A stretch of DNA of 57,511 bases, the filler included, from Jimgerdemannia flammicorona (taxonomy: Eukaryota), in NCBI GenBank assembly GCA_003990765.1. It is 3 parts of 3 records of this genome, joined end to end, with 100 filler letters (N's around TTAATTAATTAA, not from the genome) between each part and the next. Parts side by side here need not be neighbours in the genome. Positions count along the whole stretch, not along the records: positions 19,211 to 38,312 come from RBNJ01002030.1; 2 more parts are not named here. One strand, written 5' to 3'. Positions 25,070 to 38,412 of this stretch are shown piece after piece. A model generated the notes under the pieces. It was given only the letters and a program-made list of their open reading frames with translations. It had not been told where the DNA came from and made no database searches. The position numbers and the translations under genes were made by a program. Each line of letters opens with the position of its first letter. Position 1 is the first letter of the stretch.

Positions 25070-26172
25070 CTCTAACAGATTCAGAGATATTAGGAGAATC
25101 TCATTATAGTATAATGATTATTGTAGATTTACCAACTACAGACCTATTATACTATCAGCAAATAGCTACAGGATCTCTCAGTTCCAGAACAGAACTATAT
25201 CAGAAATATCTCAGAACTATTATCAAAAAATATTATTACTACAGATAGACTCTATGTAATATATAAATAAAAGATTAGTATACTGACTCAGGTTTAGTTC
25301 TACTTAGGTAATATATAAAAGATAAACTTGGTTATCTATCAGAGTATCATCAGTTATATAGAAGTTCTGTTTTTAAAAATAGAAAAAAACTCTCTGAAAT
25401 AGAGTGATCTAGATATAGAAAAAGAGGATTATAAAGTTATAAATATAGAAGAGTCTATAAATATTAAAATATAATAACTAAAGAATAGTCTGAAATAGAC
25501 TATATTTTAGTAGAAACTAATGTAATATGCAAAAATTATAATATAGCTAAATGACAAATTTCTAGTATAGTTATTCTATATATGTATGTATTATCAATTT
25601 ATATAAATAATCAGATATATTATATTTAGATATATGTACTCTTTTCTGAATACACTATTCTCTAAAGAAATAAGAGATGATATCTTCTATAATTATATAG
25701 TCTTATTTTATATTTTATAATTATTTATAATTAGATAGCAATTATATTTATATAAAATACTCTAAAGATATAAGTGAATAAATCTCAGTCTGAAATCTAA
25801 GTTATGTAAAAGCAAAAAACTATATTTTGAGAGACATATATGCTAAGAACCACTTGATCCAAAGAAAAGAATTGTAATTCTTAGGAGAAATGTCTGCTTA
25901 AGAGCTACTGTTAAGGAGATTGTGGGGGTTTAAGCTTCTGGCATATTACAATAGATATTATATTTACCTAATTAATATAGTATATAGCTCAACTCTCAGT
26001 TCTATTTTATAAATTGAGAAGATATTATAATTAAATAGCTCTTATAAAGTTTTAATTTACTAAACCACAGTATCTGTTTTATTTTTTATTTTACTCAATA
26101 TTGCCAAAACTAGACATGAGATTGTATGTTCACTTAAGAGTACAGAGACCTTGGCAGGGCTTTATTGAAAAA

Positions 26173-26900
26173 CTATAGCCACCATCTGCTATCGAGGCAT
26201 TGTAAAACCCAAATCAAGTCGTCTCCGTCAGCAAACGTGCCATTGTCAAAGCCAGCAAACGCGCCATAGTCATAGTCAGCAAACGCTCCATAGTCGTAGT
26301 CAGCATACACGTCGTAGTCTTCCTCAGCATAATCGTCATTGGTTGTAGAATCGTCATAGTCACCAAACACATCAGAGTCAATGTAATCAAAACGCTGCTG
26401 CTGCGCCTCTTGCAAAGTGAACCACGTCTTGGCCCAATCCGTGATTTCGAGCAAGATTTCGTTCGGCATCCCTCTCCCAATCGCTCTCATCACCACTTCA
26501 TTCAACGCTGTTATGACCCTGGGCCTCACGCGCTCCCACTGCTGCTCCGGAACGTGTTTTGTGGACACAATCCCCCGTCCAGGATCGACAAGGAAGATAC
26601 CGAGTATTACGCGGATGCCGATCTTGGTTTTCCTGGTCTTCCAGCGTATCGCCAAAAGCAACTAGTCGTCCCTCCGTTGTCGGGCCGTGCCTTTCATCCG
26701 TCGGAAAACAATCCCGCTATCCCTGAGATGCAGAGAATTCGAATAGTAGTAGATACCACAGGCGACGATATGCTCGTGTGATATGCCCTCCGTGTGCCAT
26801 TCCCCTTTGTACGTCTCACCACCTGGCTGGATAGCGAAGTTGACCGCGTGAGCGGAGGGACGTATCTGGAAAATTTTCAGGAAGAATGAAAAGCACAGTT
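26173..26900 (-). pseudogene. DUF4246-like / 2OG-Fe(II) oxygenase-fold protein, probably pseudogenised
   Basis: Minus strand reads YKGEWHTEGISHEHIVACGIYYY..TTEGRLVA..R.ILGIFLVDPGRGIVSTKHVPEQQW. This matches the fungal DUF4246 pattern WHVEG..NE.IVATAIYYY..T.EGR..FLVDP...ST..VP.QQ as recalled. The FPN..QH segment appears deleted. Confidence 0.6.
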
Positions 26901-27459
26901 CGATGGCCCTGTATCAATCTTGGTGGGATAGATCGAGGTTGTTGATGTACGACTACACGCTGGTCGAACCGTCTTTGTCAACGTAGAATTGGGCGGGAGC
27001 CACCGGTACTTGGGTGTATTCAGCTCACCATCCTAGGAAGGATGGATGAGGGCTTGAACCTTGTGTCAGGATGGCAATCCTTGTACGGCCCGGTCGCGAT
27101 GATTTCTAGTTCGTTATAGAGAATCTGACAGAGATTTACGGGCACGGCATTATCCGCCACCTATGCGACCGGAAGCATACACTTACGTCAGGGTGGACGT
27201 CCAGAAACGTCAGGCCGTCAAAAGCGTTGAGAGTGTCCAAATTGCCACATCGCGATGTTCATCCATAAGTATGTATGAAAGCAATACTTAATAAAGAGTG
27301 CTTCCACCTCAGAGGTGGAGTCAAACGGTACACGTTGATTCCGGTCGTGGTAATTAAATCGGTCATAATGTCATTGGCATAGGAAACGGTAAATTCGCTG
27401 GATGCATGACACCCTACACGTCCGCTCATCCATTATCAGGACCCATCTTCTTTGTCGAG

Positions 27460-28510
27460 CTTTATAGGGGAGCAATCAACGCGTCTTCCTGACCTTTCGG
27501 TAGAAAACGAGATCCGGCAGGGAGGCCGGTATGGTCAAAATATGACGACCATAGAAAATTAGCACGGTTGCGCGCACGGTTCGGTTGGTATTCTGATGCT
27601 AAAATTAGATGCTCGTATTTATTGACTTTAGGTAGAGAAGGGGGATTCTCTTCCGAGTTGCGATCCCTCAATTCATTTTGTTGCGAGCGACTACTCAGCA
27701 ATGCAAATGTTATCACTGTGCGATTGCTATTTATGAAAACTATTACAGGTGCTGTGTGATCCAGACAGAAAGTAATTGCGAACCTTTTTTTATGCGAATA
27801 TTGACTTGTCCGGAGGATAATTGGCTAATTCGGCCACGAAAACTAAATGCCACTTCGGGTGATGCCGCGGACTTAGGAACAGGGACCCATGCTCCGTCAG
27901 CAAATGCCTCGGCGATCTTGTGGCGACTATGTGGTTCAGAAGACATCCGGTTGCTTCCAATGAGCCGGGCAAATGGAGAATCCTATGCGGGTTCGGAAGG
28001 CTTGCGATCCGGCGAAGCACGCTTCACGGTGCGGCGCCCCCCCCCCCCTCCTTCCACCTCCATTGCGGCCTTGATCATTTTACTCTGCTTGGCTTCCTCG
28101 CGACAGCTTATGCTCGTTCACCTCGTCTTGGATGCTGTGGCGACGGCGGAGGTGTATTTGTCGAAGGCAGACTCTGTAAACCATATAAAAAGGAAAACTT
28201 TTAAACAGCATTGTGCACTGGGTAAAATATTATACTATATACATTTCCATGTCCCCCCTTTCTTCCGCCTTGCTCCATTACAAACCAACTCTTCCACAGA
28301 GGTTACCTCAGCTTCCCAGCACCTGGCCGGCAAACGACCCTCCACCTCCCGATTTTTTGCTGCCTTCCACACTTGTGTTGAAGTTAGTGAGGTAGGCAAG
28401 TATCGGTCGGGCTGATTTGAGCTGGAGCGATGAGTATTGTTGCTTGTGGATAGAGGGGCTAGCCTGAGTTTCTGGAGTAATTTGTGAGGAAAATACAAAC
28501 AGGACAACTA
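27460..28510 (-). pseudogene. Possible decayed host gene of unknown function
   Basis: CpG-retaining region with minus-strand ORF fragments (28235-28507, 27743-27946, 27462-27716) broken by stops and a possible intron. No domain recognised. Confidence 0.25.
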
Positions 28511-28799
28511 TGATTTAATCACTTCATGTATGGGGAAGGGGACGGAAGTAAATTGGGAGCTTCTCAATAGTGCTCATATTTTTTAAGCAACCTCAATAAA
28601 CCAGAAACAATATTAAATAATTACAAATGTTTGATTTGCATGATGGCTGCTCATACAAGTTGAATAAAGGCTTCCATTCACGAAACATGCAGACGCCGAG
28701 TGCCCGAAAAAATTAAATCGAGACAGTAGCAATTGAAATGTCCACCAGAATTTTGAATCTCGGTGAAGGAAACTCGGAGAACTGGTTTTGGCGGTTCAT

Positions 28800-31700
28800 T
28801 GTTACGGCAGGGTCTTTAAGGTAATTGTGGAATGTGTTCTCAGCCACTAATCATCATTCTCACTATACTGAGTAGATATAAGTGGCAGGCAGAATGTTGT
28901 CTTTGCCATTGTAAGTTTTTTTGGAATTGATGTGATCAGAATTATTTATAAAGAATGTTTCAGAATAAATTTTCTCAGAGTCAGAGATGAATTTATTATT
29001 ATGTTGAGATAACGATAGCTGATGCAGGTTCAGGTTCAGAACAGATTTGGTTGTAGGCTAGACTTGAATCTTGAATTAGAATTAGGTACCAATGACTTCT
29101 TGTTTCAGTATAAAAGTTTCTCAGAGTCAGAGATTTATTTGAATTCATTATATTGAGATAAGAGAAGCAGATGTGAATTTAGATTCAAGTGGTGCAGAAG
29201 ACTCTCAGAATCAGAGAGTTTATATTCATCATTATATAGAGATAAGAGAAGCAGATATCAATTTGAGTACTTTGACTTAGATCTTGAGAGATGCTGAAGA
29301 TTCTCAGAGTTATTAAGTTCATCATATTGAGACAGGGGAAGTTGTGTGTTTAGATACTGTAATAGACCAAAATGTACCACCTTATAACTTAACCAGATGA
29401 TGTGAATAATTGGCATACTTAACCAGATGACATAGGCTCCCAGCATGACATCCAGTGTATCATAGTTACTCATGCTGCCACACTTATAATTAGCCAGACA
29501 TACCAGATGGAGTCTGTTTACCTATACAGACTCTGTATATCTGCCATAAGTAGTAGATCTATAGTTAGCCACATAGCAACCAGATAGCAACCAACTTGTA
29601 TAAATTACCCCAGAGATAAGAGTGAATAAACCTCAGTTCCAAAACATAAAGCAAAAGACAAGTCTGCCTACTACGCTTCAAGAAATACATCTGCCAAAAG
29701 CCACTTGATCTAGGAAGGATTGCAACACTTAGGATAAATGTCTGCTCAATAGCCACTACTAGTAGATTGTGAATTTTGCCTCTTTCCCACTCTGGTCCAC
29801 TTTCCAATACAAAGAATGAGCCCATTTTCAAGAGAAGTCTATTACATTTTTGGTTCACTTGCCAGATAAGTCTGAAGTTTGCCACCAAGTTCAAGGAAGA
29901 ACTTTGCCACTGTTTCCCAGTTGAAGCTGCCGATTCAGAAGAACCTGTAATACCCGAGTTATTATTCCCAGAAGAGCTCAATTTGGAAGAACTTGTGCCA
30001 TCTGAGTAGTATTCTCAGTTAAAGCTGCCAATTCAGAAGAACTCACACCATCCAAGTTATTTCTCAGAAAACCACTGATTTAGGAAGAGACCATGACATC
30101 TGAGTTATTCATTGTTCTCAGTGAGTCTGAGTTATTGAGTTATCTACCACCAGTATTATTTCCAGTAAGGAGAAACCACACCATACATTCCCAGTGAGCC
30201 AAATCAAGTTATCTGCCAGAAATTGCATACTTTTAGAGATTGTCATACTATACAGAGATTGTTGTGCTATATACAAAATTCCACCAATTCCCAGTCGACC
30301 CAAGAAGGAAACCACCAAATTGCCAGATCATTATACATAAGAAACTTACACTATACAAGAGATCATCATGCCAAAAATTGCATACTTTTGGAGATTGCCT
30401 TGCTACACAAAATTGTGACATTCCCAGTTGACTCAAGAAGGAAGAATACAAATTACTGCTATATCTAGAACCATCTCAATAAGGAAACTACTCACAGATA
30501 TCTAACTTGACTATTATACCACTAAACACCAAGGACCTCAGGAATCTTAGAACATTTTATTGCTTTTTGACAAAGTAACTGGGGGCTCAAGCCAAACTAT
30601 ATCAAACCCCAATCTTGTAATTTGCCTCTACTGAGCCAGGCACATTACATTTGGGGGCTTAACTGGGAAGATTTCAAAAATCAACATGACTTTTCAGCTC
30701 ACTAGAACCCACAGTCAAACTGAATACATTGGATACAATATCAATCTCTGCCACTACAGGAGAACTAGTCATCACCAGCATTTGGACAGAAAGAGAAATA
30801 ATCACATCAAGACTTGCCAACTACCCAGCATCAGAAGGTTCTCAACCAGAAGGCAGTACAGCCTGAAATCCCCAACCAGATCAACCAGACAATATAGGCA
30901 GCCCTGCTAGAGATTTCGAAGAACTTGTACAAGAATTAGAAGATCTTATCACATGAACCCAAGATCTTACAGCCAGACACCCCATATCAGCTCCACCAAT
31001 TTCACTAATAAAATCTTTACCACAACCTCTTGCAGAGTTAGAAGTAGCTTCTACAAGAATATCTAGACTTATTCCACTTCATCCAAGGTCTAGAACACCA
31101 TCCTCAAGATACCCAAGCACCCCTATCTCCAGTGACAGCTCAGAAAGCGAATCAGAACCAAAATCTGAACCCAAACCAGAATCAGAAGAAAGTGATGAAG
31201 AAATGGCCACCTCACTGCCAACCTTTGCAAGATACCCAGAGGAAGACCCCAGAGAATTCCTTGATGGAATTGAAGGAATCACAGCCTTGAGAAATCTCTC
31301 AGATGAAAGAAAAATTGCTATCTACAAGGCTCAGCTCAGAGAACCTGTCAGAGGAATTTTCCATTGAACAGCAAACAACCCAGATTCAGAACTAGTGATA
31401 CAGATACAAGCAGAAATGTCCTATGAGCTAGAATATGAGGCCATGGTCCACTGACTCATTGAAAAGTATGCAGGAAATGAAACCCACCACAAGGCTCAGG
31501 AATCCATCATGGGGATGAAGATGAATCTTAGAGAATCACCCAGAGCCTTCTTCACAAGAATTCAGAAGAGAATGCATGCTGCCAGGTTCAATGCCACCAA
31601 CCAGGACATCATAGGTCCAATGACCTTCATGAATGGAATTCCCCCAAACATTGCTCAGCATGTCTGCATCCTAGGCATTAGAAGGTCTGAAGAGCAAGTA

Positions 31701-32037
31701 GATGCAGCCAAAGGATTCTTTGATATCAGACAAGGAACTACCTGGAGTGATCATAACAAAAAAGAAGATAAAGAAGACATCCTGGTTAAAGCCCTACAAG
31801 GACTCCTTCAAGGACAAGAAAGATCTGAAGAAAGAATGCCAGCCAAGAAAGGAAAGAAGGACAGAAGTGAAATCCAAGACCTCAGCTCCAAGCTGGACCA
31901 ATTGGTTGGACAGATTGAAAAACTCAACATATATGAAAATTGGAGCTACCAAGACAACAGAGGATACTCACCACAGAGGAGCCAAGGCTATCCACCAAGA
32001 GATAACAGGAATTACCAGCAAGAAGAAAGAACACATC
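28800..32037 (+). mobile_element. 5' part of another LTR retrotransposon (element E): ~1.85-kb repeat-rich LTR, PBS-Pro and gag; cut by a LINE insertion
   Basis: TGTTAC at 28800 and TTACA at 30649. TGGGGGCTTAACTGGGA at 30652 resembles the tRNA-Pro PBS TGGGGGCTCGTCCGGGA. Gag-like MATSLPTFARYPEEDPREFL..KAQLR.P starts at 31203, with ORF 31509-32051 following. Confidence 0.65.
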
Positions 32038-35000
32038 TCTCTCCACTATAATTCACGTTACACACACTTTACAACATACTTTCATATCATTTATTGGAGA
32101 AAGATATTAAGGAGATATCAACCAGCAAGTAAGCTGATGTGCATACTAGGTTGGGTGGACCTGGGGCCTTCAACTGGCAGCATGTCAGGAGAGGATATGG
32201 CCTGGGGATGGGGTCTTTTGGTGGCTCCAGTGGGCAGGGCAGCTCGGGCAGTGGAGGAGGTACTGGTGGGGGGGCTGGAGGGCAGTAGGGAAGGAGCTTT
32301 GTGGACATGCTGTGGACTGTGGGATGGCCAATAGGAGCCTGCAGTGGACAGGCAGGTGGGAAGGGGAAGCAGAAGGCTGGGAATGCTGGGGGAGCTGAGC
32401 CTTCACTGGTGGGAGGTGGGGGTAGTGGAGTAGCTGCTGGGGGTAGTGGCAGGACTGCTGATGGTAGCATGATGGGGAATCAGGAAAAAAAAAGAGATGT
32501 GATGGCTGATGGCCAGGGGGGGCAGGGGTCCCCAATGGGGAAGGGGGACCTGGCAGATAGTGTAATGGGACTGGCAGTGGCCCCATTGCCCAAGAAGTCA
32601 ATTTCGGAGTTCATAGCTACCTTGTATTTCTGGGGCTTGGCAGTGATGGCGAGGATGGTCCTGGGGCTTATTTCGAAGCAGATGGCTGGGGTGGCCTCAG
32701 TGAAATTCTTGAAGGGCCTGGAGGGGGTTGAGGTGGGCTTTGAGGAGGCAGGCCTACTGGACAAGGCCCTGAAGACTGGAGTGGTGGTTGGGGAGGTGGT
32801 GGTCCCCATGGTGAGGTGCTTGAGGTGGGACCCCAGGGTGGTGTAGCTTCTAGTGAGGGGGGTGCCCATAGTGACTAAGGAGGAGACTAGGAGGAGAGTG
32901 GAGGAGGTGATGGTAGAGTATGGTGATGTGGTAGACATTGGCTTTCAGATGTGGGAGGGGACAACAATCAGGATGGGTGATGTTGATATCAGGATTTGGC
33001 TGGCAGGGAAGGAGGCCACTGAGAAGATGAGTGACTGGCCCTCAGTGCTGATGTGGGGGGCCTTCATCTGTAAGGTATTGAGGGTGAAAGGGAGTAAAGA
33101 GGAGGAGGAGGACTTGCTGGAGATGCTGGAGGAGTTGAGTGGTACTGTAGAGAGGAGGGCAAAAGCCTGGAAGCAGTATGAGGAGTCAATGCATCTGGAG
33201 GTTGTGGATGGAAAGTATATCTGTACTGACAGAAAGCAGTGGGAGCAGACCCAGGGATGCAAGAGGCAGAGAGAGCTGTTGGTGAGTATGATAGGAGGGG
33301 TGATGAAGAAGGCAGTTAGAGCTGGGGAGTCTGGAGGCATCAAAGCCAGTGTCTGGGCTAGCAAAGGAGGAGAGGAGGTAGGGCGAGTGAGGCAGGGGCT
33401 GGGAAGATCCTGAACAAGGACCCATTTGCTGACAGCACCTTCGAAGTTTGGGAGCAGGAGATGGATGCCACTCCCCCCCTCTTATCAGTAGGGACCTGGC
33501 TGGGAAGAGAGGGACAACAGAGGATATGCTGATACAGGGAACCCAGAGAGTACACTTTGGGGTCCCTGATGTGATGAAAGGGGGCCAGGTGGTGGTGGTT
33601 GGTGAGGATAAGTTGTTGGATGTCCCTGAGGAGGAGTGGGATGAGACTGCCAGTGTAGGTACTGATATCACGATGTTGGATACAGGGCAGCTGGAGACTC
33701 CAGGAGGAAAGGAGGTGGGGAACTTGTTGTGGGTGAGCAAGGTGATGGATAATCTCATGGCAGAGGCATTGGGAGAGGTGGACTTGTGGGTAATGCCTGA
33801 GGAGCATTGAGTGCAGATTCTGTGTGGTGACAGAGTGGTGGAAGTACTGAAGGGAGAGATTCTTGTGATCTTCCTGGAGGAGGAGGGATATGAGGTTGAT
33901 GAGGCAAGGAAGGCAGAGCTGGTGGTGGTTGCTGGTGAGTGGGCGGTCTACTGTTGGGCAGAGTATCATGGTTTGCAGCTCTGGCAGGAGGCCTGTCTGG
34001 AGTATCATGAGGACTTTGAGGAGAGGGAAGATGGGGCTATGGTGGAACTTCTGGGAGAGTTGGAGGCAAGGGAGGTAGGCAAAAGAGAGCTAGCTGCTGA
34101 ACATGACTTGGACTTAGGGCAGGAGGAGCTGAATGTGGTCTTGTAGAGGATGGGATCACTACATAACATTTTTTCCTATGAACAGTACAACCAATATTTT
34201 CTCTCTGAATGTGAATGGATTGAGGGGAGCAGGGCAGCATAAGAACATTTTTACTTGGCTCAAGGGATTGGAGGCTGATCTCTTTTTACTACAGAATGTA
34301 TGATGTGAGGATGAGGATGATCAGGCAGAATAGACTAGAGAATGGGGGGGGGCTATAGCTTGGTTTGGAAAAGTGGCAATTCTGGTGAGGAAGGGTAGAG
34401 GTGATTTGGAGGGAATCAGAAGCTGGGGGGATTGATTGGTTTGGGGAGATTGACATCGACCAGGATGAGAGTCAGTGAGAGTTGGCTCTTGCTACTGTCC
34501 AGCAGTGAGGGGCGAGAGGATTGCATGGATTAAGGAGCTGCTGGAGGAGAGTATACTCTTGGAGAAAGGGGTCGATGTTCTCAGTGGGGACTTTAATATG
34601 GTTCGAGATCAGCTTCTTGACAGAACTGATGGAGGGAGGAATACAGGGGGGAGAAGTGGAGGTCTGGATGTTTGGGAGGAGGTGGAGAACTTGAGCTCCT
34701 TAGGAGATATGGGCAGAACATGATGGGGCAATACTAGGGTCTACATGCATTGGGTGAATGGCCTGGGCACTAGGATTGACTGGATTTTGATGGCTGAGTG
34801 TTGGGGTTTTGATGTTTGGAGGACATTGGAGGTGGAGTGGTGCCCATGGTCCGATTACTGGGGACTTTTATAGCAGGGGCAGTTTGGGGGGAGTGGAGAT
34901 GGACCTGGACATTGGTGCTTTAACTCCTCCCTGTGGGTTGTGGGACTCTTGGGCAGAGGACATTCAGGCTAAGATCTGTATCTGGAGATGTGAGGGTTGG

Positions 35001-38000
35001 TCTGTGGGGGTCCATTGGATGAGATTAAAAGAGGCTGTAAGGATCTATTGGGGAGAAGCTGGTAGAGATGTGGGGAGACAGAGGAGGAAGTACACAAGGT
35101 ATACTTCCAGCAGGCTGAGGAGATTGCAAATGGATTGAGCAGATTTGCTTACTTTGGATGGGGTTGGGGATTGGCAGATAGTGTGGGCAAAATTGGAGAT
35201 AGTGGAACTATGACAGGTGTTGAGAGAGGAGAAGGAGACTCATATGTGAGGTATGGCTGCTAGGCTATGGTGGCAGGGACTTGAGGAGGGTGAGTGGCCT
35301 ACTAGGTACTTATCAAGACTCCTCAAAGCTAGGAGAGTGTGATATCAGTGGGATGGGGTCCTAGATACTGATGGGGACATGGTCCATGGAACACAACAAA
35401 TCTTAGGGGTTCTGAAGGTTAGATGGCAGGGTTTGTGGAGTGAGGAATAAGGGGGTGCTGATGAGGTGGTGATTGCAGACATGCTAGAGGAGTGGGGGCC
35501 ACCGCAAGTAGACAGACTGGGTGACTTGATCTTACCAGTGCAAGGAGAGGAGATCCAGAGTATCCTTGTAGCAACTAAACTTGGAACAGTGCCAGGGGAA
35601 GATGGATTACCATGGGACTTCTGGAAGAAGATGGTGAAGGTCCCCAGAGTATTGGGTGAGATGGCTGCTCTTTGTGACCATGTTCTTCAGAGTGGCGAGT
35701 GGGTGGGAGAGCAGGACCTTGGGCTAGTGACCTTATTGTACAAAGACAAGGGGAGGAGGGAGGACTAGAGGAACTGGAGACCAATCATGCTCCTGGATAT
35801 AGATAGGAAGCTGGTGACTAAGGTGATTGTTGCAAGACTGCAGAAAGTTGCCCAACAGGTGCTAGGGGAGGAGCAGTGGGGCTTTGTTGGAGACAGACTT
35901 ATATAAGATGGGACTGCATGGGTGCATGGGGTCATTGAAGGGGCCCGGGCTTATGGACTGGATGGAAGGTTGGTCTTTTTGGACCAGGAGAAGGCCCATG
36001 ACTGCATACAGTGAGTTTGGCTGGACAAGGTTTTGGATCATATTGGTATTCCCCCAAGATTTCAGGTAGTGCTCTGAATAAGTCAATCCAGATGGGATTC
36101 GGATGGATTTGAATCAATCATTGTTTTGATTTCCAAATTGGACAATTAAATGTTTACATCAATAACTCGATGAATAATCATCCAAATTTGATGATATTGG
36201 TATCATTTGAAAGCCCTTAATAAGACCTTTCTAATGATATCAAGAACATTAAAATCGGATTGCGCGTTGCCGAGATATTAAAGAAACCGTTCTATTTGAC
36301 GAAATTTCCAAAATCGGCAAATCGAAGAATTTCCAAAATCGGCGATTCAGACGGTTTCCTTTATAACTCAGCAACGCATGATCGGATTTCAATGTTATTG
36401 GTATCATTAGATAGGCCTTATTAAGGGCTTTCAAATGACACCAAGATCATCAAATTTGGATGATTATTCATTGAGCTATTGATGTAAACATTTAATTATC
36501 TAATTTGGAAATCAAAACAATGGTTGATTCGAATCCATCCGGATGCGATTCGAATCCCATCTGAGTTGATCCAGATGGGATTCGAATCCCATCTGAGTTG
36601 ATTCGGATGGGATTCAATCTGAATCAATCCCAATCCAATCCGGATTAAATTGACTTGTTAGGAGCACTAATTTCGGACTTCTATATTGAACCTGCTGGAG
36701 AGCAGTCAGGCAGCACCGTTGTGTAATGGTCACCAGGGTCTGGCATTTTCCTTGGAGAGAGGAGTGCCTCAGGGGGACCCTCTGTCCCCTATCCTCTATG
36801 CCCTTTCATTGGAGCTGCTGATGGATAGGATTTGCCAGAAGGTGGTAGGGCTCTCTATATATAGTATAGTGTGGAAGGTGGGGGCCTTTGCTAATGACAT
36901 GGTGGTTGGACTTGGGTCTGTGGCAGATGTCGAGACACTTAGAGAGACAGTGGAATGGTATGAGGCTCATTCTGGGGTGAAGCTCAACTGGCATAAGTGT
37001 GAGATAATAGTGCTTGGAAATGGGCTAGTGGGTAAAGACATCATTGGAACAATTGTCCCTCTGGTGAGGTGGTGCAGTATCTGGGTATCTTCCTTTCTGT
37101 ATATGGTTCTGTCTTACCATGAGTATGGTGGGAGAGCAGGGTGACTGTTTGGGGGGAGGCCCTTCGACATTGGGGAGGCTGCCATATTTCTCTGGCAGGG
37201 CAGGTAACAATTCTGAATATATACTAGTTCCCCAAGCTGTGGTATGTGGCGTATTACCTAGACTTCCCAGCTTGGGTAGTGAAGAGGCTGAAGAAAGTGG
37301 CTAGAGATTGGATTTGGGCAGAGAGGAGGTCCCAGATTAGTTGGGATACTCTTGCAACACTGGTGGTCAGGGGAGGTCTTGACCTTGTGGATTTCTCTAA
37401 GAGGTTGCACTGCTTGCAAGCCTGGTGGTTGAAGAGAGCTACTAAACTGCAGGGAGGGGGTTGGGTGCTTCTGCTACAGAATGTATGGGAGATGAGAACC
37501 TCCCCAAGGGTCCTCAGGTGATCTGCTCTCTCTGGTAGGGTTGAATGGAATTTGGTGGCTGTGGTTTAAGGGATTGGCCTGTACTGGCAAGGCAATGAGA
37601 GAGAGGTGATGTGGGGGTCTAGTATGTAGCAATAGGAGAGTCTGCTCCTTGGGGGTACTCCACTGACTTTTTTTGATATTGGGGATGGAGTGGAGTGTCA
37701 GCAGGGTCTTGATCAGGATCTTTGGCCAAGTGGCTGGCAGGTGGCAGGGATCGGTGAGAAGTGGGACTGGGCAGGTATCTGGACTTGGAGTGTAGAGGTG
37801 CAGAGGTGGCTTCCTCCCAAGTTCTGGGTGGTATGGTGGAGAATGCTGTGGAGGAATGTCATGTTGAATTTCCACACTGGACACCTGGTGGATGGTGGCC
37901 ATTTCGAGTGTGAGGAGTGCTATGATGTTGGGCAAGCTGAGGGTTATATGCAGATACCAGAACATTGGTTGGGAGAGTGTGAGATTTTGGGGGAATTTTG

Positions 38001-38312
38001 GGTAGAAATAGGGAATAGACTGGGTGTGGGGTATAGGCCAGTAGGGGAGGGGGGCTGTTGGGAGGACTTGAGATCTCGGCTTGTGGGTGGGGTGGGGGAT
38101 AGCTGGCTCACTGTAGGGTGGGTGTTAGCAGTGTGGGTGGGACTGGCAGGACATTGGCTTTTTGTAGTTGAGGAGGGGTGGTATTTGAGGCTGCAGGAGA
38201 AGATATCAAGATGGGAAGAGCTGTTGGGGGATCTGCTGATGGGATGGTGGGTGGGTTGGGGTCCTCAGGGGGGGCAATGGTGCAGTTTGGTGGTACAGAT
38301 CTGTGAGCAGAG
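32038..38312 (+). mobile_element. Near full-length L1/Tx1-like LINE (ORF1 ~32130-34146; ORF2 from 34178: APE-RT-zinc finger), with multiple stops
   Basis: MNSTTNIFSLNVNGLRG, SGDFNMV and RIDWI (APE); NWRPIMLLDIDRK, GVPQGDPLSPILY and AFAND (RT); CEEC..EHWLGEC (C-terminal zinc finger). Confidence 0.92.
36067..36669. mobile_element. hAT-type MITE with long internal inverted arms, inserted in the LINE RT
   Basis: Ends TAGTGCTC..AAGTCAAT / ATTGACTT..GAGCACTA. Imperfect 8-bp TSD ATTTCAGG/ATTTCGGA. ~36100-36285 is the reverse complement of ~36360-36545. Confidence 0.88.
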
Positions 38313-38412
38313 NNNNNNNNNNNNNNNNNNNNNNNNNNNNNNNNNNNNNNNNNNNNTTAATTAATTAANNNNNNNNNNNNNNNNNNNNNNNNNNNNNNNN
38401 NNNNNNNNNNNN
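38313..38412. other. Artificial contig linker N44-TTAATTAATTAA-N44
   Basis: Same linker as 19111-19210. Confidence 0.98.
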
